Shown one piece after another: positions 1 to 8,700 of a stretch of DNA of 24,415 nucleotides. Position 1 is the first letter of the stretch. Every line of letters starts with the position of its first letter. This DNA comes from a virus (Duplodnaviria > Caudoviricetes), in IMG/VR virus record IMGVR_UViG_3300022178_000484, positions 1 to 24,415 of that record. One strand, given 5' to 3'. The notes under the pieces were generated by a model. The model made no database searches and had not been told where the DNA came from. It saw only the letters and a list, made by a program, of their open reading frames with translations. The position numbers were made by a program, and so were the translations under genes.

Positions 1-122
1 GTATAGTAGTTGTTTCCGATGGAATTACTATGCACGTTCCCCTTGATACAAACAACACCGACTACCAAGCCATCCTTGCTTGGGCAGAAGAAGACGGCAA
101 CGAGATCCAAGCAGCGGAGTAA
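1..122 (+). CDS. 3' end of a small tail-associated protein (tail fibre assembly/chaperone-like), truncated by the window edge
   Basis: The frame from nt 3 is open to TAA at 120-122 and reads ...ITMHVPLDTNNTDYQAILAWAEEDGNEIQAAE*. The 'VPxDxxNxDYQxxLxW..GN' pattern is typical of small proteins following tail fibre genes in marine phages. Not in the ORF track. Confidence 0.6.
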   Translation, partial: IVVVSDGITMHVPLDTNNTDYQAILAWAEEDGNEIQAAE

Positions 123-128
123 TGTTAC

Positions 129-2000
129 ATGCCACTAAGCAAGCTCCAGTTCAAGCCGGGAATCAACCGAGAGGGCACCAACTACTCTAACGAAGGTGGT
201 TGGTTTGACGGAGATAAAATCCGTTTTAAGTCTGGCTATGTGGAGCGCATTGGTGGGTGGGACCGAGTAGCGACGACAACCTTTGAGGGTAGCTGTCGCA
301 ATATGCTAGACTTTGTGACACTAGCCTCCGATAACTTCTTGTTTATGGGTACGCACAAGAAAGCATACCTGGAGGACGGTGGTACATATAACGATATAAC
401 CCCGCTTCGCACGACCTTGACCCTCGGATCTAATCCCATCACAACAGGAGCGGCGGGTTCTGGAACAATTACAGTAACAGCAACCTCTCACGGATCTGAT
501 GTGGGGGACTTTGTTACATTGGCTGGAGCCACTGCTGTAGATGGAATAACTGCTGCTCAAATAAACCAAAACTTTGAGATATTAACTGTAGCATCTTCGG
601 GCAACTCTTTCACTGTAAACACAGGTGGGGCAGCATCCTCTGGTTCAACTGCTGGTGGGGGTGGTTCTGTTACAGCCGCTATGGAAATAAGCATTGGCCT
701 TGATACAACGCTATTAGGTAATGGTTGGAGTGCAGGAACTTGGGGCCGTTTTACTTGGGGATCTGGCGCAGGGTCGTTAGCTGGGCAAAATTTACGTCTT
801 TGGTTTTCTGACTCGTGGGGCGAGGATCTTGTGGCTAACTTAGTGGATGGAAGCCTTTATTACTGGGATGCCACAAACGGTAAGACTACTAGATTGGCGG
901 AGTTAAGCACTGTATCTGGGGCGTCTAACGTTCCAACGACTGTTCGAAGAGTCATGGTATCTGATACAGACAGACACGTCCTGTGTTTTGGGTCTAACCC
1001 TTTAGGCAGTGCCACATTTGATCCATTGTTAATTCGTTGGTCTAGTCAAGAAAGCGTTCTGGATTGGACTCCTACAGCTACAAACACGGCGGGGGATCTT
1101 AGGTTATCTCAAGGATCTGAGATTGTTACAGCCATTCGAACAACGCGACAAATTCTTGTATTTACAGAAAACAGTTTGCACAGCGTACAATTTATCGGGC
1201 CTCCGTATACGTTTGGTACAGCAATCATAGGTACAAACGTTCGTATTGCAGGGCCTAATACGGCTATTAGTGTAAACGATTTAGTATTCTGGATGGGTCA
1301 GGAAAACTTTTACATGTATGATGGTCGAATAAATCCTCTACCGTGTAGTGTTCGACAGTATGTGTTTGATGACATTAACCGACAGCAGTCATTTAAGTTC
1401 TTTGCTGGGAGCCTATCGAGCAACTCAGAGGTTTGGTGGTATTACTGTTCCGCAGGGAGCACCGAGGTGGATCGGTATGTAATTTACAATTACCTAGAAA
1501 AGACTTGGTATTACGGTACTCTTGCAAGAACAGCTTGGAACGACAGGGCTTCGGGTTCTAGATTATATCCACAGGCTCCAGGAACAGACGGCATTCTTTA
1601 CAACCACGAGTTTGGTTTGGATGATGGAAGTCAGACTCCTGCTATACCTGTCAATGCTTTTATTCAGTCTTCGGACTTCGACATTGGCGACGGGCAACAG
1701 TTCATGTTAATTAACAGGGTGCTTCCGGATTTAAACTTTGAGTCGTCTACGGCAACAACACCACAGGTTACATTTAGTATGGGCGCACGAAACTTTAGTG
1801 GTAGCGCAGCGGGTCAAGGTAGCGTAAGCGGCGATGTGGTTCGTTCGTCTGTTGTTTCAGGAACGGACAATTATACGGACCAAGTTCAAATGAGATTGCG
1901 CGGACGACAAGTTAATCTAAAGGTTGAGAGCGATACAACAGGAGTTAAATGGAGACTGGGCGCACCTAGATTAGATGCAAGACCGGACGGTCGTCGATGA
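129..2000 (+). CDS. Podovirus tail/head-stabilisation protein (P22 gp10 / tail nozzle-like beta-propeller), 623 aa
   Basis: Long ORF with an N-terminus MPLSKLQFKPGINRE..Y..EGGW.DGDKIRF, beta-rich Trp/Tyr repeats (LIRWSSQE..DWTPTATNTAGDLRL; EVWWYYCS..DRYVIYNY) and a C-terminus RLRGRQ...WRLG.PRLD..PDGRR. It lies just upstream of the internal virion genes. Confidence 0.75.
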   Translation: MPLSKLQFKPGINREGTNYSNEGGWFDGDKIRFKSGYVERIGGWDRVATTTFEGSCRNMLDFVTLASDNFLFMGTHKKAYLEDGGTYNDITPLRTTLTLGSNPITTGAAGSGTITVTATSHGSDVGDFVTLAGATAVDGITAAQINQNFEILTVASSGNSFTVNTGGAASSGSTAGGGGSVTAAMEISIGLDTTLLGNGWSAGTWGRFTWGSGAGSLAGQNLRLWFSDSWGEDLVANLVDGSLYYWDATNGKTTRLAELSTVSGASNVPTTVRRVMVSDTDRHVLCFGSNPLGSATFDPLLIRWSSQESVLDWTPTATNTAGDLRLSQGSEIVTAIRTTRQILVFTENSLHSVQFIGPPYTFGTAIIGTNVRIAGPNTAISVNDLVFWMGQENFYMYDGRINPLPCSVRQYVFDDINRQQSFKFFAGSLSSNSEVWWYYCSAGSTEVDRYVIYNYLEKTWYYGTLARTAWNDRASGSRLYPQAPGTDGILYNHEFGLDDGSQTPAIPVNAFIQSSDFDIGDGQQFMLINRVLPDLNFESSTATTPQVTFSMGARNFSGSAAGQGSVSGDVVRSSVVSGTDNYTDQVQMRLRGRQVNLKVESDTTGVKWRLGAPRLDARPDGRR

Positions 2001-2281
2001 GTAAAAAGATTATTCGATCTATCATTCCGATTGCCCCACCTCAGTATGACTCTGCATATGTGAATCAATTAGCTCGGTCCTTGGACAACTTTATTGATGA
2101 GTCACGTAACCCAATTGTAAACATTCCAAACATGCCGACAGTGGGTGCGGCGAATATATTAGAGGTAGGAGACTTGTACGAGGCCAATGGGTTTGTAAAA
2201 ATCAAACGTGCAGGTGATGTATTTTCAGGTTCCTCTCAGGCTGCAACAGCAGTAGGAACAGTAACGGTGGTGATAACATGA
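1997..2281 (+). CDS. Small virion-associated protein, 94 aa
   Basis: ATGA overlap with the upstream gene. The 'PIAPPQYD..Y..QL.R.L' N-terminus resembles the small structural protein that usually follows the stabilisation protein. Confidence 0.6.
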   Translation: MSKKIIRSIIPIAPPQYDSAYVNQLARSLDNFIDESRNPIVNIPNMPTVGAANILEVGDLYEANGFVKIKRAGDVFSGSSQAATAVGTVTVVIT

Positions 2282-2505
2282 CAGACATACTTATTATGCC
2301 AGACGGAAGCAGGTGGAAACCTTCTTCAAGTTCTGATACAGTGGAATGTGTAAACTGTAATAATGCAGTGGACACGCCAGAAGAAATTGCTTCTTATCCA
2401 GATGGCAACTGCCCAGATTGTGGTGAGTCATGGACAGGAAGCGAAAAGCGCAGTACAACTATTGTAGTAACAATGCCTGAACAGATTTCAGGAGGCTCAG
2501 GTTAA
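2278..2505 (+). CDS. Zn-ribbon (CxxC-x17-CxxC) protein, 75 aa
   Basis: Contains CVNC...CPDCG. ATGA overlap upstream and TAATG overlap downstream indicate translational coupling. Confidence 0.7.
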   Translation: MTDILIMPDGSRWKPSSSSDTVECVNCNNAVDTPEEIASYPDGNCPDCGESWTGSEKRSTTIVVTMPEQISGGSG

Positions 2506-3155
2506 TGGTTCAAAACAAGCAAGGTTATTTTCTTGGAGGTATAATAGGTAGCCTAGTAGGTAAGGCTCTCTTACCTAAGTTGTTTGGTGCGGGTTTAGGT
2601 GGGCTTTTACCTGGGTTAATTGGTGGTGCCGTTCTCAGTAAGGCGTTAAAACCAAAAGGCACTGGCGGCGAAAGCGCAGAAGAGAAACTTGCAAGGTTTA
2701 ATGCGGCTCCTGAAACCACAGATCCATTAAAGAATTTATTTAAATCTCGATACACAGATCCTGAAACAGGGGTAGCACCTCAATTCGATACAGAAGAAGA
2801 AAGAGATGCATACGACCGTGATTTTGAAAAACGAATTGCTAAACAACCCGTAGTTTCTAGTCCATACACACTGACAGCAGCAACTGGTGGTATGATGGAG
2901 TCTGGTATTGGAGGATTGATCCAAGGTCCTGGGACCGTGACCAGTGATTCAATACCTGGTGGTATTATGCAGAACGGTAATATGGTAGAAGAGATTTTAG
3001 TATCTAACGGTGAAGTTATTTTTTCAGGAAAAGACTTAGAGAATTTAGATCCAGATGGTAACATAGAAAGAGCGGGTATGAGATTGGGTAATGCACCTAA
3101 CGGTAGCCGTGGTGCAGAAGCGGCAAGAATGTACGCTGAAGTGCAAACAGCATAG
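2505..3155 (+). CDS. Probable internal virion/ejection protein with an N-terminal glycine zipper, 216 aa
   Basis: Hydrophobic Gly-rich N-terminus (GGIIGSLVG...GAGLGGLLPGLIGGAVL) and a GGLIQGPGTVTSDSIP...SNGEVI motif also seen in tape-measure and ejection proteins. RBS AGGAGG upstream. Confidence 0.6.
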   Translation: MVQNKQGYFLGGIIGSLVGKALLPKLFGAGLGGLLPGLIGGAVLSKALKPKGTGGESAEEKLARFNAAPETTDPLKNLFKSRYTDPETGVAPQFDTEEERDAYDRDFEKRIAKQPVVSSPYTLTAATGGMMESGIGGLIQGPGTVTSDSIPGGIMQNGNMVEEILVSNGEVIFSGKDLENLDPDGNIERAGMRLGNAPNGSRGAEAARMYAEVQTA

Positions 3156-3167
3156 AAGGGTAAGACT

Positions 3168-4031
3168 ATGGCAGAAACAACAACCACACAGATAGCGGAC
3201 TTACCCGAATACCAGAAACAATATCTACAAGAGATTATGCAACGGGCACAGGCTCTGGGCAAACAAGCTTACACCTTACCTTCTTATCAGACGGCTGGTC
3301 GTACACCTATACAGCAGCAAGCTACCAACTTAGCAACACAAGGCATTGGATCATATATGCCTATGTTACAGGCAGGTGAGCAAGCCACAGGTGCGGGTAT
3401 TGCCGCAACAGAGAGCTTATTAGATCCAAACGCTGCGATGGCGTATATGAATCCATATAATCAGGCTGTTATTGATCAGTCTATGCAGGACATAAACCGC
3501 GCTGGGCAGATGCAACAGAACCAAGCGGCGGCTCGTGCCGTTGGAGCGGGAGCCTTTGGTGGATCTCGTGAGGGTATTGAACGAGCGGAGATCGGACGTA
3601 ACATCTTGGATCAACAAGCTCGAACATCGGCTGGATTAAGACAACAAGGTTTTGCTCAAGCACAGCAACAGCAGTTACAAAGAGCACAGGCGGCGGCACA
3701 AGGTCTGGGTAGCTTGGGTATGCAACAGGCCAAACTTGGCGAGGCGTTCCAAGGCATGAACATCAACGACATCAATATGCTTTCCTCTCTTGGTGGTCAG
3801 GAACAGCAACAACGTCAGAGAGAACTGGACGCGGCAAGACAGACACAGTATCAGAATGTCATGCAGCCGTATCAGCAACTTGGATTTTACTCAGATATAT
3901 TCCAAGGTATGCCAACGTCTCAGAGTACGTTTACATCGCAGCAGTCTTCAGATCCTAGCATGTTGTCACAGATTGGTGGCCTCGGTATGGGACTCTATAG
4001 TCTTGGCAAGTCCGGAATGTTTGGAGGTTAG
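3168..4031 (+). CDS. Gln/Ala/Gly-rich internal virion (DNA ejection/pilot-like) protein, 287 aa
   Basis: Contains the motifs YMNPYNQAVID and AGAFGGSR, poly-Q helices and a Gly-rich hydrophobic C-terminus (SQIGGLGMGLYSLG). Position in the virion module fits. Confidence 0.7.
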   Translation: MAETTTTQIADLPEYQKQYLQEIMQRAQALGKQAYTLPSYQTAGRTPIQQQATNLATQGIGSYMPMLQAGEQATGAGIAATESLLDPNAAMAYMNPYNQAVIDQSMQDINRAGQMQQNQAAARAVGAGAFGGSREGIERAEIGRNILDQQARTSAGLRQQGFAQAQQQQLQRAQAAAQGLGSLGMQQAKLGEAFQGMNINDINMLSSLGGQEQQQRQRELDAARQTQYQNVMQPYQQLGFYSDIFQGMPTSQSTFTSQQSSDPSMLSQIGGLGMGLYSLGKSGMFGG

Positions 4032-4033
4032 AC

Positions 4034-5767
4034 ATGAATGTAATGAACCGCAAATTGTTTGCTAATCGAAATGCTCGTCGAAGACTGGCGAACATGGGCG
4101 GTATAATTGCATCTTCTCCAGAGTTGTTGGGTACAGCGCAAACGTTTGCTAATGGAGGGTCAGCGGTAGTAAAAACTGTACTGATGGGTGCGGGTCTCTA
4201 TGATGTTAAGGCGGATGGTCAAATTGTACCAAGAGTAAGTGGAGTTCCTCTTGATCCAACTGACCCAGCGCAAGCTGAGTTAATACGGGAAGTACGGTCT
4301 GAGGGGGTTGACCTAGATGGCCCAACGATTGGAGCCAACACTCGTGGTGAAGCCATAGACATGATTAACAGGCGAGTTGGGAAGGACATGAATGAAAAGG
4401 GGTTTACTGGTATTATGCAGGTTGATCAGCCTTTAAGAATTGAAAGAGCTATACAATACACGCCAGATAATCTTTTGGGTGTTCCCTTGGACACCGGAGG
4501 TCTGTTACCTCCAAAGCTAGAATCCGCACCTATTACAGAAAACGAAGCAGGTATTGGCAGTGGTTTCCCCAAGATTCCAGATTCACGAAAAGCAAAAGAT
4601 AAATTTTTTAGGGGTGAGCTTGCGGATCAGATTAGACGCGATGGACTTCCCTCTATAGCCACTCCTGATGATGAAAATCCAATGGTAAAATTAATTGAAG
4701 CAGGAATAGATAAAGTAACAACTCCTTTTAAACCAGATACAACAAACAACCCGCCTAATCCATATCAAAGTGATATTGACGCGGCGGTGGAGTCCTTCAC
4801 TGGGCCAGCCATTGGTGGCAATCTTGAGGGGCAAGATGAAAGTGGTTCTACTTTATCAGGGGACAACTTTATGTTGCCTCCAACTGAGGGTTACCCATAC
4901 CCTAAAGACGCGCCAGAAGTCGTTGAAGAAGAGAAGAAAAAGTTAAAAGATGATCCCAAAACAAAAGAAGTTAAACCAGGTAATCGAGGTTTTACTCCAA
5001 TAGAAGATGTATACATAAATCCCACTAAGGAACAAATAAATAATGTAGAAAAAAAGGTTAACGAAGAAGTAAAAAAGCCAGATGGTGGAAACGCTAACTC
5101 TGTTGCCTCTTCAGCTTTGTTACAATCGGTTGGCGTAGATACATCTAACATGGGACTTAAAGAACGAGTTCAGTCTATGCAGGAAATGATGTCTGAATTG
5201 GTGGGTTACAGTGACGAGGATGAGAAAAAACAGTTCTGGTTAACTATGGCTGGTATAGGTTTTCAAATTGCTTCTGGTCAGAGTTCTAAAGCTTTGGTTA
5301 ATATTGCTGAAGGATTGGCACAAGGAGCTAAAAAGTTTTCAGAAAATCAAGCGACACGTCAAGCTCGGAAAGATAAATTAGGATTCACAGCACTTGGTGA
5401 AGTGTTAGCAGATGACAGAGCAACTAGGAAGTTTGGAAGAGATCTTCAGATTGCAAAGGTACGAGCTAGTGCATCTAGTACTGATAAGTATACTGCCGAA
5501 AGGGAAAGAAGTAGAATAAAAGAACTTATCTACAAGTCTCCATTTGATTATCCTGGTTTACTTGGCGATGATGATACAACGCCAGATCCCGACAAAGTAA
5601 ATAAATATCTTGATCAAGTAGTAGAAATTGCAGACGCTGAACCTGTGATTGTAACACAAGAAGAGGCCATAGCGGACGCTAAAAGGGTAATAGAACAACG
5701 TCCTGAGTTGAAAGATAAAGTAATAGAAGTACTGAAGAAAAAAGGTTACAACACCGAAGGATTATAA
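4034..5767 (+). CDS. Probable internal virion/ejection protein, 577 aa
   Basis: RBS GGAGG. N-terminus MNVMNRKLF, a low-complexity P/D/E/K centre and a hydrophobic hairpin (FWLTMAGIGFQIASGQS..LVNIAEGL) followed by coiled coil. Confidence 0.6.
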   Translation: MNVMNRKLFANRNARRRLANMGGIIASSPELLGTAQTFANGGSAVVKTVLMGAGLYDVKADGQIVPRVSGVPLDPTDPAQAELIREVRSEGVDLDGPTIGANTRGEAIDMINRRVGKDMNEKGFTGIMQVDQPLRIERAIQYTPDNLLGVPLDTGGLLPPKLESAPITENEAGIGSGFPKIPDSRKAKDKFFRGELADQIRRDGLPSIATPDDENPMVKLIEAGIDKVTTPFKPDTTNNPPNPYQSDIDAAVESFTGPAIGGNLEGQDESGSTLSGDNFMLPPTEGYPYPKDAPEVVEEEKKKLKDDPKTKEVKPGNRGFTPIEDVYINPTKEQINNVEKKVNEEVKKPDGGNANSVASSALLQSVGVDTSNMGLKERVQSMQEMMSELVGYSDEDEKKQFWLTMAGIGFQIASGQSSKALVNIAEGLAQGAKKFSENQATRQARKDKLGFTALGEVLADDRATRKFGRDLQIAKVRASASSTDKYTAERERSRIKELIYKSPFDYPGLLGDDDTTPDPDKVNKYLDQVVEIADAEPVIVTQEEAIADAKRVIEQRPELKDKVIEVLKKKGYNTEGL

Positions 5768-5768
5768 C

Positions 5769-8700
5769 GTGACGGGACTTTTCGATGACCTACTTGAACA
5801 GGCTGAACCGTCAACTAAAGTTGAATCTGGGACTGGCCTTTTCGATGATTTAATAGAGCCAGAAACTAAACCAGAAACTGACCAAACGGTCGTTGGTTCT
5901 ATAGGTCGAGGTGTTGGTGCAGGTTTAGTTAACATTGCACAAGGACTCTCGGAACTTGGTGCTATACCTGTAGAAGCTGCTGGAGTTGAGGGTGCCCAAG
6001 AAGCAACGACTGAGGCGTTTGAATCCCTCAAAGATGCCACCGGATTACGACCAGATCGTGCGGCTGGTAAGGTTGCAGAAACTATTGCCACGTATGCTAC
6101 ACCTGGACTCGGTGTATTTAGCTGGGTATCCAAGGCAGACAAGGCACGTAAAGCTTTACTGGCGGGAACGGCGGCACCAAAAACTAGAACAATAATAGGG
6201 AGATCCGCTGTTAAGTTTGGCGAGAAAGCTCCTGCGGCTCTGACAGGAACACGGGCAGGTCGTGCCGCTTTAACAACAGTCGGCACAGGCGTAGCTGATG
6301 TGCTTGTTTCACCAAGCTCAATGACCACCCTTGCAGATAGTTGGGATGCGATGCCTGAGTTTCTTCGAACAGAGGACGAAGAGGGTCTAACAGGAAAAGA
6401 ATTAACAGGGGTACGTCTCAGAAATAAGTTTCGTCTTGGCCTTGAAGGAGCAGGATTTAACTTAGGTGCAGAGGTTGTTCTGCCTGTGGTGGGTGCAACA
6501 ATCAAAGGCATAGGACAAGTTCCAGGTGTGCCAGCCCTAGCACGAGGTCTATCCAATACGTTCGATTATATGGGAGACAAGATTCTCCAAGCCCCGGTCA
6601 TCGGACCACGGGTTAAAAAGTATTTAACCCCTGATGGCTTGGCTCCAAACGAGATTATGACGGCTCTTAGAACCGCTGAAGGTATGACTGAAGGCCAAGA
6701 AAAAATGGCTAGTGAAACCATACGCGAGTACGATAAAGCCGTCCGTAGTTTAATAAAGTTTCAAGGCGTTAGAGGTTTGTTTCGTTCAGGACAGGAACGT
6801 ATCCAACGAACTTACAACGACACGTTTGATTATATGACGGGTGAACGCGGAGCCGATGGTGCTCTTTTGATGTCTCCCGAAAGGTTTGTTTCGGAGTACG
6901 GAACTAAAGTAAAAAATGCTACAGACAAAATGCGGGATCAGATTACCGATCTGAGCAGTATGTTTCGTGAGTCGATAGAAGAATCTAACTTACCCAGAGA
7001 AGAAATAGACCGTCTTCAAGGTTTGTTTGACCAGAACCAAGCTACATACATACGAAGACTGTACGAAATAAATCTTCGCCCAGAAAAGTTTAGAGGTGCA
7101 CCCGTACGAGAAATGCCAAATTATGATGCGGCTCTGGCTGAAACAGAACAAGCTTTCCGTAACAGAAACGCACGGGTACAGGCGGCAATAACCGCAGGTA
7201 GAAACGTTGCAGATGGAGATATGATTGTAGATGATCCACGAGCCGCAGCGGAACTGTTTATTGATGAACAGTTTGATCGAGCACGTTTAGCTATGGGGGA
7301 ACTCGCTCCTGACGCACCGCAACATATCAAGTACTTAGTTGAAGGCGGCAAGAAAGTTCGAACAGAAACTCGTGGTAATCTCTTTAACCTAGCTGACGGA
7401 ATGTTGAAAGATCGTTCAAGGATTTTAGACGAAGCCCCTCTACTACAAGAAATGATGGGTGTAATACGTGATCCGAAAGAAGCATTTCTACGCACAGTAA
7501 ACGATACATCCAACACCGTAGCTGCACAAAGATTGTATGGTGAGGTTGCGAGATCTCTTGGTAAAACAACCTTTCAAGATGGATTACCTGCATTGAGACA
7601 AGGTCAGCGTCCCATCATTGATGGTAACAACCTAACGGATCAGATGGTCGCACAATTAGAGGGCTTCGGATATGTAAGAGCCGGAGAGTTAAACCCAGAG
7701 AGAGCCTTCGGTGGTAAATTTGGATCTTTGTCTGGTGATTTTATTCCCGGAGAAATATATAATTCTTTGACCACACCCATGAGATCAAGCTCCTCGGTCC
7801 AAGAAGCTTTGGCTGTATCGCTACAACTCAAGGGTCTATCACAGATGACCAAGACTGTGCTCAACCCCTTGTCACAAGTCAGAAACTTTTTGTCCAACAC
7901 GTTTGTCGTAGGGGCAAATGGTTTGTTGGGCAGGAACTTAGGACTGTTTGAAAGTGCAGACGTTCTGGTTTCCAACGCCCTTGAAAGTCCAGAGCAGTTC
8001 AAGTTGCTACGATCAATGGCGGACGAAGGAGCGATTGGTCAGAACATACAGATCAACGAGATGCGCCGATTGTTGCAAGAGCAAACTGAACTGGGTGTGT
8101 CTGCACGACTTAACAAAGCAGGTAATGCTTTTCGACAATCTAAACTTGGTGCACCTGTTCGTTTCATGGAGAAGACATACGGATTGGGTGACGATTACTG
8201 GAAGGTGGTCGGTGTTCTGGGAGAAAAAGCAAGGTATGGTGCCGCTCTTCGTAAGGGTGGAATAGACATAGACAATGTGTCTCCCGCTGTTCAGGATGCT
8301 TTAGTTGCTTCTGGTCTTGCACAAAGATCCAGATCAATCGCAGGTACAGAGTTTGGGGATTTGTTTGCTATCGACCTAGTGAAACAAACCATGCCCACAT
8401 ACTCCATGGTTCCTGAAGCCATCAAAGCTTTGCGCCGTATACCCGTCGTTGGTAACTTCATGGCTTTCCCTGCTGAGATTATCCGTACAACAGGCAACAT
8501 TGTTAATCGTGCTGTCAAAGAGATGGGATTTAAACCTACTCAACAGATGATAGATGAGTTAGGAGTACAGAATGCAAACAGGATTGCACGTCAGGTTCGA
8601 GGCATAGGTGCTCAACGTCTAACAGGGTATATTTCCATGGCACAGGTTGCTCCGCTGGCTATGCGTGACGCTGCACACACGATCCTTGAAGTGACACCAG

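Noticed and set aside
5762-6556. 264-aa antisense ORF, plus other long antisense ORFs such as 2780-3262, 7121-7516, 9479-9901 and 10460-10858
   Set aside because: They are shadows of well-supported genes on the opposite strand, with no RBS or recognisable motifs and S/P/R-rich antisense-type composition.
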